In this document: positions 12,301 through 24,300 of the stretch, one piece after another
How positions within the stretch are numbered: position 1 is the first letter of the stretch
How the letters are laid out: each line of letters begins with the position of its first letter
Source of the DNA: Lytechinus pictus
Lineage: Eukaryota
Assembly: GCF_037042905.1 (NCBI RefSeq)
Contig: NC_087250.1
Coordinates: 13,890,001 to 13,954,000 of the forward strand
DNA: 64,000 nt
Direction: 5' to 3'
Position numbers and translations under genes: made by a program
Notes under the pieces: generated by a model
What the model saw: the letters and a program-made list of their open reading frames with translations, nothing else
Told to the model about the DNA's origin: nothing
Database searches by the model: none

Positions 12301-15300
12301 TGCAAGAGCAGTGCGCATTTTAGCTTGCATGCAGCTTGAGCGCCGCGATGAGTGAGTGTGCCAAGCATTTTATTATGAAATACTCCTTTTTGGGGAAAAA
12401 TACAGTTTTTTTTATCACAGAATACAGTTTTTCATTCCCAGGGGTTGGCAGGTTTGGGTGTGTGGTTTTGTGGTTGTGAGTGCCTCTATGGCAGCTCGGC
12501 TACAGCCAGGGTATATATCATACCAAATGTTATAAAGCGCAGTAGAGTATATTAACAAAGTAACTGCACTATATTTATGGTCCATATTATTAAGAATTTC
12601 ATAGTATATTAATAATTTGAGAATATTTTCAAGATAATTAGATTAATGATGATTAGAATACTGAAAAATATATAATATAAAAGGAACTTTAATTAGTCCC
12701 TCATTTAATACCAGAAACCCTTTTCATGTTTTTATTAGTATTCCTGACAGATATTGAAATATTTTATATGCCAACCATGATCACAATGATCATCAACATA
12801 CAAGTAAATTATGGTTAAGTGTCCTTAAAGATAATTGGCCAACAATAAACATAAAATAGACTGGCCCGTATTCTGAACTCGGGTTTAAATTAAACCCTGG
12901 TTTATACGTATTTGTGGTTTAACTATGGAGAGCCAATTGGGGCACAAATCCCCTACAGCACACATCCAATTTATTAACTCATTTGAGTATTTGACACTCA
13001 AATTATCCGTTATTGTCTGTGAATGATATGTGAAGTATTTTCCTTCATTATGAAAGCAAAAAGGAAAAAAATAGTAAACATAAGAAGAAATATATTATAT
13101 TTATAAAAAGGATTTTTAAATTGTTGACATCCCATGATTTTAGTACAGAGTTAGACTGTGGTCTATGTTAGACCCGACTTCAGAATACGGGCCACTGTGT
13201 CTATTATTAACATTGTACATGTAATTATTTTTGTTTGCTTCAGATGACTGGCGTAACGAAGGAAAAATGTCTGTCACTCATACAACGCTATGAAGTCTCT
13301 GAGGAGGGTCGTCAAAAGGGATACCTCGGCATTGACGGTATTTATCTTTTTTTTCATTCAAAACTATGAAACCCACCCTACTGAAGTGTTGAACTCAAAA
13401 TCAAGAAAATTAATCATAACTTTGATTTCTAGTCATTTATGAGATATATGTTGGTGTGTGATGAAGATTTATATTTGATTCTATGAAGATACATTAGGAA
13501 TATTGTGCAGGTGTAAAGATAAATGAATAGTTTATGGAATGCAAGAAATCTCCTGCTTTGTGAAATCAGTCTCCAAATTTTCTTGCACTAATGTTTATAC
13601 ATGTAGTTCATGCCTCTTCCATTTATCAAGTTGAGGGGGTGTTTCACATAGATTGATGTCTGACTAATGGCGCAGTAACATTTCTCCTACGGTTGCCGTC
13701 CGGCTAGTCGAAAACAGCCATTTTAATCTTTTTTCTACCAGCTACATGTACATATGAGTGGTTTGAATAAACATAGATAAAATGGCTGTTTTTGACTTGC
13801 CATATGGCGACTGTAGGGGAAATGTGACTGCAGCATTAATATCGCATTTAAATTGAACGTTTGAAGCGTTTATAAAGCGTTTAAGCATTTGGTATTTAAT
13901 CAACACTGCATCAGTACAGTCACATTCAGTTAATCCTTGAAGCATGACTTTCAGTCAGATTTTGATCGGATCAATCATAACTCTTTGTAAGTCGGGCCCA
14001 GAGTACAGTTTTTGTTTAGGAGTTTTGCTGCTATCTTTTAATCACATGTTTTATTTATTCAGTTTTCTTTGAAGCACTACGTGATTTGTTGATGATTTTA
14101 CTATAGGTTTTTATCATCAGAATTTGTTTTTTGTAGGTTTTACAAGCCATCTGTCTGATTCTCTCTTTGGGTTTTTGTTTCCTTTAATGCCTCACAGGCT
14201 TCGCGGGTGGGGGGGGGGGATCGCCACCTATTTGCCCTTATATCATATATTGTGTTTTTTGTCTCACCTGCATAGCAGAGTGAGACTATAGGCGCCGCTT
14301 TTCCGACGGCGGTGGCGGCGGCGACGGCGGCGGCGATGGCGGCGGCGGCGGCGGCGTCAACACCAAATCTTAACCTGAGGTTAAGTTTTTGAAATGACAG
14401 CATAACTTAGAAAGTATATGGACCTAGTTCATGAAACTTGGCCATAAGGTTAATCAAGTATTACTGAACATCCTGCCTGAGTTTCATGTCACATGACCAA
14501 GGTCAAAGGTCATTTAGGGTCAATGAACTTAGACCATGTTGGGGGAATCAACATCAAAATCTTAACCTAAGGTTAAGTTTTTGAAATGTCATCATAACTT
14601 AGAAAATATATGGACCTAGTTCATGAAACTTATACATAAGGTTAATCAAGTATCACTGAACATCCTGCATGAGTTTCACATCACATGACCAAGGTCAAAT
14701 GTCATTTAGGGTCAATGAACTTTGGCCGAATTGGGGGTATCTGTTGAATTACCATCATAACTTTGAAAGTTTATGGATCTGATTCATGAAACTTGGACAT
14801 AATAGTAATCAAGTATTACTGAACATCCTGTGCAAGTTTCAGGTCACATGATCAAGGTCAAAGGTCATTTAGGGTCAATGAACTTTGGCCAAATTGGGGT
14901 ATTTGTTGAATTACAGCCATAAATTTGAAAGTGTGTTGGTCTAGTTCATAAAACTTGGACATAATAGTAATCAAGTATCACTGAACATCCTGTGCGAGTT
15001 TCAGGTCACATGATCAAGGTCAAAGGTCATGTAAGGTCATAGAACTTTGGCCACGTTGGGGGTATTTGTTGAATTGCCATCATATCTCTATAAGTGTATT
15101 GGTCTAGTTCATAAAACGTGGAAATAAGAGTAACCAAGTATCACTGAACATTTTGTGCGAGTTATAGTAGTTTTCAAAATCAGCACTGCTGCTATATTGA
15201 ATCGCGTGATGCAGGTGAGACGGCCAGAGGCATTCCACTTGTTTTTCTCCATTTTTCTTTCTATTCTATTGTATGTGAATGTGCCATTTTTAATGTGCAA

Positions 15301-18300
15301 ATAGAGACGATATATATACACCATCATAATGTTATTTTTTTTTGTAGGTTTTACAAGCTATCTATTATCATCAGAATGTGATATTTTTGACAATCTTCAA
15401 CGGAGAGTTTGTCAGGACATGACCCAATCGTTATCTCACTACTTCATTGCTGCTTCTCATAATACGTGAGTATTTAAAGGGCAATCACACATGTTATGGC
15501 GGGGGGGGGGGGGAGGGTACTCGAATTATAATATGATACCTATGTGCCGCACCAAAGTCGGGGGTCGGGGGCTCTGGAACTAAATATTGGTCTCAAAACG
15601 GGGTCTCCGGAATGGCTCTGATCAACGATTGCTAAAAATGCAATGCTGTGAAAAAGGGGGTCTCCAGAACCCATAGATCGTAGGCATAATTGGTAGCGGC
15701 TGTGTAAAAAAACCTGCGTGCGTCTTGCTACATTCATTTCGGGCAAGCTAGCTGCAGGCGCAGGGGAGCTTCAGGGGCCAGTTAAAGTGGGCAATCCCTC
15801 GTATATACCTAATAGCCCTGCGGGCAGGGGAAGGGTGGTGACTTCCCCCTCTACATATACCTGTACTGCTGCAGTGTTTCGTAAGTCATTATTTTTTCAA
15901 GCCTTGCATGTAATTTTAGACTGAATTTGGGACGTCTGGAAACAGGGATAAAAAATTGATGTTACTGTCTGTGTAAGTGACACTTTTAAATTGTATTATT
16001 TATGTTTGTATGACAGTCAAATGATGAAAATGATATTAATGATGGTTATGATAATGATGACAATGACAATAACAATATATGAATGAAGATTTATATATAT
16101 GTTTTCATTTTTTAATGTTGTAGGTATCTAACTGAGGACCAATTGAAAGGACCATCAAGTGTAGCAGCGTATGTGTCAGCATTACAGAAAGGATGCAGAT
16201 GGGTGGAATGTAAGGTTTAGCCCCCGAGTCATGTCAGAATTTTTTTGTTCCAGAATTCACCGGTGTTGCGCCGGCCGGAATCTGGTGTCCCGATAAATGA
16301 ATTCGCGAACGGGGAAGCACTTAAGCACTTTCTTGGAAACAGATGCAGGGTTGACTGGCGGGATGGGAAAAAACTTTTTCCAAAGTTTGCTGAAAATTTC
16401 AAGATTTAAATTATCACATAAATATAATAATTAGAGATTAATATAGCGCACAAATCTGTCGGTAATGACAATCAAGGCGCACAATTAACATAATATGCAT
16501 GAAATGCCTATCTGTTTTGCATATTATTTTTATAAATACTACTAAATAATGACGAATACCACATTCTTTCTTCGCTCTGAATATCTGATTAAAAAAAAAA
16601 ATTCAGTTGATAGTAGGGAACGTTCAAGCACTTGATCAAGGTAGTTGTCATTGGTAGTAGTGTGGGGCACTCAGAGACATTGTATTAAGCGCTTTACAAA
16701 TGTTGCAAATTAAAATTCATTGAATGCCGAAGCACTAGATGAAGGTCGTCATGCCAAATTCAGGGTACTTGTAGCACTTTCAAGCATAATGCAAAATGGT
16801 GCATATTGTTATTGTTAAATATTGTTTTGTGTGTTTTATTTCAGTGGATGTATGGGATGGAGGCAATGATGAACCTATAATCTATCACGGCCATACACTC
16901 ACATCTAAAATACTCTTCAAATCAGCTATAGAAGCGATTAATCAACATGCGTTCGAAACATCAGAGTGAGTATTCTGTCTAGTTTGGTCTACTTCCGAGA
17001 CATTGATGAAATCCATTTGGTATCATGTTCGCCACCTAATCGTGAGCTTCAAGATCAACACCAAGACCGAAATTAAAATCACAATTTTCCCCAACCCTGG
17101 GGGTTGGCGTTAGTGAATGGGCAAATTACATGTAGATCGTCAACACCAGCTGTAATGCTTGCTTGTATGTTTGCGACAATCAACAGACCTCGGCTGAGGG
17201 AACATGGTCTGTTGATTGTTGCAAACATACATGTGACAGTAATGCACGCTGCAAACTTGGTTACGCATAGTGCTGGTGTTATCGGTGAACATGCGATGGA
17301 CAAAATCATATGGATCCAGAATTGCATGATGAATGGATCAAAAATTGCACGGATGATGATGTCATTGTAAAATGGGCTGAATGATCGATATCAAACAACC
17401 AATCGAATGACAATGACCATTCTAGACGTCATGTAACATAGAACAATGGTCTATCATATCAATTACCTGTCAAGCTGCATTGTCAGCACGTACATGTAGC
17501 TGGTTTCATCTTCAAACCATCTCTTGTGGGGACATCATGGTCAAGTGGTTATGACTCTTGTCTTCCAATCTGAGGGACGTGGGTTCGAATCCCAGCCATG
17601 GCATGTTTTCCTTCAGCAAGAAAGTTACCCAAATTGCGCTGCACTCAACCCAGGTGTGGTGAATGAATACCCATTAGAAGGGCCTAAATGAGAACAGATT
17701 TCAGAACTGAACGGGGTACCCCGTGTAAATATACCGTTATTATTATTATTGATATGATCTCTTTAGGTATTCAGTGATTGTATCGATTGAGAACCACTGC
17801 AGCATTGATCAACAGAGAGTAATGGCCCACTATATCAAGTCTGTGTTTGGTAACAAGCTTCATAGTGAGACGATAGATGATTTGATCTCTTTTACTACAT
17901 TCTTTTGATCTCTTACTAGGTATCCAGTGATTGTATCGATTGAGAACCATTGCAGCGTTGATCAACAGAGAGTAATGGCCCATTATATCAAGTCTGTGTT
18001 TGGTGACAAGCTTCACAATGAGCGTATCAAGGTGATTTCATCTCTGTACTACATTCATTCGATCTCTTACTAGGTTTCCAGTGATTGTATCGATTGAGAA
18101 CCATTGCAGCGTTGATCAACAGAGAGTAATGGCCCATTATATCAAGTCTGTGTTTGGTGACAAGCTTCACAATGAGCGTATCAAGGTGATTTCATCTCCT
18201 TCTACATTTATTCGATCTCTTACTAGGTTTCCAGTGATTGTATCGATTGAGAACCATTGCAGCGTTGATCAACAGAGAGTAATGGCCCATTATATCAAGT

Positions 18301-21300
18301 CTGTGTTTGGTGACAAGCTTCACAATGAGCGTATCAAGGTGATTTCATCTCCTTCTACATTTATTCAATCTCTTTAGGTTTCCAGTGATTGTATCGATTG
18401 AGAACCATTGCAGCGTTGATCAACAGAGAGTAATGTCCCATTATATCAGGTCTGTGTTTGGTGATAAGCTTCACAATGAGCGTATCAAGATGATTTCATC
18501 TCTTTCCTACATTTATTCGATCTCTTTAGGTTTCTGATGATTGTATCGATTGAGAACCATTGCAGCGTTGATCAACAGAGAGTAATGGCCCATTATATCA
18601 AGTCTGTGTTTGGTGACAAGCTTCACAATGAGCGTATCAAGATGATTTCATCTCTTTCCTACATTTATTCGATCTCTTTAGGTTTTCAGTGATTGTATCG
18701 ATTGAGAACCACTGCAGCGTTGATCAACGGAGAGTAATGGCCCATTATATCAGGTCTGTGTTTGGTGACAAGCTTCACAATGAGCGTATCAAGATGATTT
18801 CATCTCTTTCCTACATTTATTCGATCTCTTTAGGTTTCCGATGATTGTATCGATTGAGAACCATTGCAGCGTTGATCAACAGAGAGTAATGGCCCATTAT
18901 ATCAAGTCTGTGTTTGGTGATAAGCTTCACAATGAGCGTATATAGATGATTTCATCTCTTTACTACATTCATTCGATCTCTTTAGGTTTCCAGTGATTGT
19001 ATCGATTGAGAACCATTGCAGCATTGATCAACAGAGAGTAATGGCCCATTATATCAAGTCTGTGTTTGGTGACAAGCTTCATAGTGAGACGATAGATGAT
19101 TTCATCTCTTTACTACATTTATTCGATCTCTTACTAGGTTTCCAGTGATAGTATCGATTGAGAACCACTGCAGCGTTGATCAACAGAGAGTAATGGCCCA
19201 TTATATCAAGTCTGTGTTTGGTGACAAGCTTCACAATGAGCGTAGCAAGATGATTTCATCTCTGTACTACATTCATTCGATCTCTTTAGGTTTCCAGTGA
19301 TAGTATCGATTGAGAATCATTGCAGTGTTGATCAACAGAGAGTAATGGCCCATTATATCAAGTCTGTGTTTGGTGACAAGCTTCACAATGAGCGTAGCAA
19401 GATGATTTCATCTCTGTACTACATTCATTCGATCTCTTTAGGTTTCCAGTGATAGTATCGATTGAGAACCATTGCAGTGTTGATCAACAGAGAGTAATGG
19501 CCCATTATATCAAGTCTGTGTTTGGTGACAAGCTTCACAATGAGCGTAGTAAGATGATTTCATCTCTGTACTACATTAATTCGATCTCTTTAGGTTTCCA
19601 GTGATAGTATCAATTGAGAACCATTGCAGTGTTGATCAACAGAGAGTAATGGCCCATTATATCAAGTCGGTGTTTGGTGACAAGCTTCACAATGAGCGTA
19701 GCAAGATGATTTCATCTCTGTACTACATTCATTCGATCTCTTCAGGTTTCCAGTGATAGTATCGATTGAGAACCATTGCAGTGTTGATCAACAGAGAGTA
19801 ATGGCCCATTATATCAAGTCTGTGTTTGGTGACAAGCTTCACAATGAGCATAGCAAGATGATTTCATCTCTGTACTACATTTATTCGATCTCTTACTAGG
19901 TATCCAGTGATTGTATCGATTGAGAACCACTGCAGCGTTGATCAACAGAGAGTAATGGCCCACTATATCAAGTCTGTGTTTGGTAACAAGCTTCATAGTA
20001 GGACGATAGATGATTTCATCTCTTTTACTACATTCTTTTGATCTCTTACTAGGTATCCAGTGATTGTATCGATTGAGAACCATTGCAGCGTTGATCAACA
20101 GAGAGTAATGGCCCATTATATCAGGTCTGTGTTTGGTGACAAGCTTCACAATAAGCGTATCTAGATGATTTCATCTCGTTCCTACACTTATTTGATCTCT
20201 TACTAGGTTTCCAGTGATTGTATCGATTGAGAACCATTGCAGCGTTGATCAACAGAGAGTAATGGCCCATTATATCAAGTCGCTGTTTGGTGACAAGCTT
20301 CACAATGAGCGTATCAAGATGATTTCATCTCTTTACTACATTTATTCGATCTCTTAATAGGTATCCAGTGATTGTATCGATTGAGAACCATTGCAGCGTT
20401 GATCAACAGAGAGTAATGGCCCATTATATCAAGTCGGTGTTAGGTGACAAGCTTCATAGTGAGATGATAGATGATTTCATCTCTTTACTACATTTATTTG
20501 ATCTCTTACTAGGTATCCAGTGATTGTATCGATTGAGAACCATTGCAGCGTTGATCAACAGAGAGTAATGGCCCATTATATCAAGTCGGTGTTAGGTGAC
20601 AAGCTTCATAGTGAGATGATAGATGATTTCATCTCTTTACTACATTTATTTGATCTCTTACTAGGTATCCAGTGATTGTATCGATTGAGAACCATTGCAG
20701 CATTGATCAACAGAGAGTAATGGCCCATTATATCAAGTCTGTGTTTGGTGACAAGCTTCATAGTGAGACGATAGATGAGGATCTTTCATACCTTCCTTCA
20801 CCTCATCAACTGAGAGGCAAGATTCTTATCAAGGTTAGTATAATAATGATAAAGCAATATTGACTGGCCTCGGGGCGATACAACATATATCGCCCAAACT
20901 AGATTCGTCTACGACTCGGGCGATATCAATTTAGTGAGGGCGATATATGTCCTTTCGCCCCGAGGCCAGTCAATATTGCTTTTATTAACCAAAGCAGACA
21001 TCTAGAGCAAAAATCGCTAATATTTAGATATTTTAGAGTTTAAGAATGAGAATCTAGTTTACCATGTTGAGCAGACTGGGCCTCTGAATATTACCATTGT
21101 GACGTAAATGAAATGACGCGTCCCTGGCCTAGGGACACGGTATCCAGCGTCTCAACTTGATTTACATTGTGACGTATAGCACTGCGCGGTTCAATGACGC
21201 GTACAAAATTGTGTAGAATACCCGGATGTTAGCTCTGCCTTATTGCCCGCTACATTTCCACGCATTTTCTCATTAACTCTCCTGAGCGGGCAATAAATTG

Positions 21301-24300
21301 GGCCCGTGGATAAACAATTGGAAATTTATTGACCGGCCATTTGATCCCAGTCTTAAGCAGGCAACAATGTATTAAAGTTGACCTGCTCAGATGTCTGATA
21401 TGGTTAATAATAAGTAATAATAGTAATAGTAATATCAGTAATAATGATGATGATGATGATAGTAATTAGGCCTTGGAGTGAACATCGATTGATAAATTGT
21501 TTGAATGGCTTGCCGCCGACTGCTATTCGATTAGCAAAATTTTTACTGTTCGAATGTTTGGCAGATCCCAATTAGACACTTGGGATAACTCGAATACTAC
21601 AGTAACAGTAACAAAAGGCCAAGATAACAATGATAACAATTGTTTTTACATACTTTTACATACAGGTTTAAAACAATGTTACCGAGGTAATTTGTCAAAA
21701 ATGAACAATGATTTATCACATTCCCAGGTAAACACCAATCTGAAAGAGCTCCGAAAATATTAATCCCACCTGTACCGTCCTTTTCCTCGATACACAATGC
21801 ATGTTGTCTGCATACTTAACAGTTAAAACAGAAAGTACACACACAAAAAGCTCACTTGAGCTGATACGTGATTGGATCCTTCCGACGGCCAACAAAACTT
21901 TATGGGAGACAAAGCTGGAGGAGAAGCCACGTGGATCCACTGATCTGTACAATTCAATTCAACCCACGTGCTTCCCATTATCAGGAAAAGTCATGACTTC
22001 AGAAACAAATTGACCCCCCCATCTCTCTGTGTGTGGATCTGTGTGCGAGAGAGAGAAAGAAATATAGGGGCTGGGAGCAAGAATTCCTTTCATGTTTCAA
22101 AGCAAAGCAGTTAGCCCCCCCCCACACACCAACTTTCCCATAACTTTCCAACACACACAGTCACTAACATACCAGGGGCCCGTTTCATAAAGAGTTACAA
22201 CTGTTGTAACTTTGCCATTATGGCAACTTCCATGGCAACCTTGATTATGATTGGCTGCTGAGCCCTGTTACCATGGTAGTTGCCATAATGGAAAAGTTAC
22301 AACAGTTGCAAGTCCTTTATGAAACGGGGCCCCTGATGTTTTTGACTAGTCTCCCAAAATAGACCCAGTTGTAGGTTCAAATGATAAAAGTTTTGTAATT
22401 TTGAAAGGTATTCTAAATGAAATATATTTTGCAAAATACAGTGTGTAGCATCATGTGCAGTGCCACAGGTGGGGGGGGGGGCATGGTGTGGGTAAGGAAT
22501 GAATTTTACTATCAGCCAATCAGATTGAAGGATTTCAGTAACTTTTAAATTTATTTGTAAATTTTTTGCAGGGTAAGAAGCTAGCTGATGATGTAGAAGG
22601 AGATGAAGGGGAAGTCACTGATGAAGATGAAGGATCGGATACAGATAGAGGAAAGAAGATAAAGAAGGTAATTATCAATCATCATATTGCAGGGCTGCCG
22701 AGCCTCTCAGAAAATTGATTTTTGAGTGAAAATCTGCAGATTTTCAACATCTCCCTGATTCATACGTTGGATGATTTCAAGTTCAGTGTTGACCTTTTGG
22801 TGTTGGTGTAAGGTCAATTTTTACATGATTATAGCACCAAACGTAAAATGAACACGGTCCTGAAAAGTCGCTCACTAGTAGAGATGTCAATAATGTGATC
22901 TAGATCAGTTTTACACTCTAAAAAATAGGTTTTGGAGCTAGAGGAAGCAATCCAAATTGTGCTTCCAACCCCAACTCCGGATTTGAAAGCACCCATTGAT
23001 TTCTTTCAATAGATTGTGTGTAATTGAGAAAGATATCTCTCCTTCCTCTGTAAGGGGTAAGGGTTCAAATCCCACCACAGCACAGAGAAAAGTAGATTAA
23101 ACGCTAAGGTAATTATCAATTATCATTCTTGGACTGCCAGGTCTCATAATCAAGCATTCTATTTATTAATGATAATAATAATAATACTAACATTTGTAAG
23201 GTTCTTAATGTAGATGTTTCAAAGCACTCAATTTTCTGGCTTATTATTGATTACTGGGGATGAAAGAACAAAAGTGTAATTAATAAATGAATAAATCACC
23301 AAGTCTCAGATTATAAAGATTAAAATTGACGATAAAAAATTGCTTTTTGCGTATGCAAAATATCAAGAATTCATATTCTTTATATGAGGAATCATTTGTG
23401 TTGTTAACAAAAGGCGATTCTTGACATCAACGAATGGGATCAAGAAAACTGCATGCCATGGTCTACCTTTGTCGGCATATTTAAGGCCAAACGTTCTGAT
23501 GCGACAGTTTCTTTACACATAAAATTATGATTCCGTAGAATGCAAGACTTACCTCTTTTTATCACTCTGGTTAATTTATACATTCCTCTTTGTTTTCTTA
23601 TCTTTCTCATTTAAGTTTATTTTATTTGGTGTAAATGTGTGTATTCCTCTTCATTTTGTCATCTTTCTCTTGTAAAGTTGTTTCATTTTGTGTTTATAGG
23701 CTCGATTTTTCTCATTCCGGAGGGATGACGACCCTGATCTCAAGGTCAAAAGGTTAAGGGATAAATTGACCTTGAAAGAAATAATGGCTTCTATAGCCAA
23801 GGTATAACGGTTTGATGTTTTTTTTTAGCGCATCCTCTTTCTGCCATTTTGCCTTCATAAATTGACCTTGGAAAAATAATGGCTTCTGTAAAGCCATTCA
23901 GTTTGTCTCTTTCTACCATTTTTTGCATTCATTTTGCTAACGTTTTGAACTAACACTTGTATTTTTCATACATTTATTAGATGTTTCAACTTCATTTAGA
24001 GCTGACAGACTGGGGCATAAAATCATTGGTTTTGGGAACATTTTTCTATTAATTAAATCTTTCTGCTGGGTAAAAAAAATGCATTTGAAAATGTAGCGAG
24101 TGCAATTGCTCCATTAGAACATTTATTATTCAAGGTAAATGATGTTGTGTTATGAAATTTTGATTTAAGTTCATCTAAATATGTTAAATAAATGGTGTTA
24201 GACTGAGTGAAAATAAGACAAAATGTCCCTTATTGTGAATAGAGGTTTATTTCTAACTCTGGGGTACATTTCATAAAGGACTTCCAACTGTTGTTGTGGC

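Noticed and set aside
17771..20303. Minus-strand ORFs [15 protein letters not shown]...
   Set aside because: Antisense reading of the exon-derived array.
17750..20780. CRISPR-like regular array
   Set aside because: No unique spacers; whole units repeat and derive from a eukaryotic exon; no cas genes.
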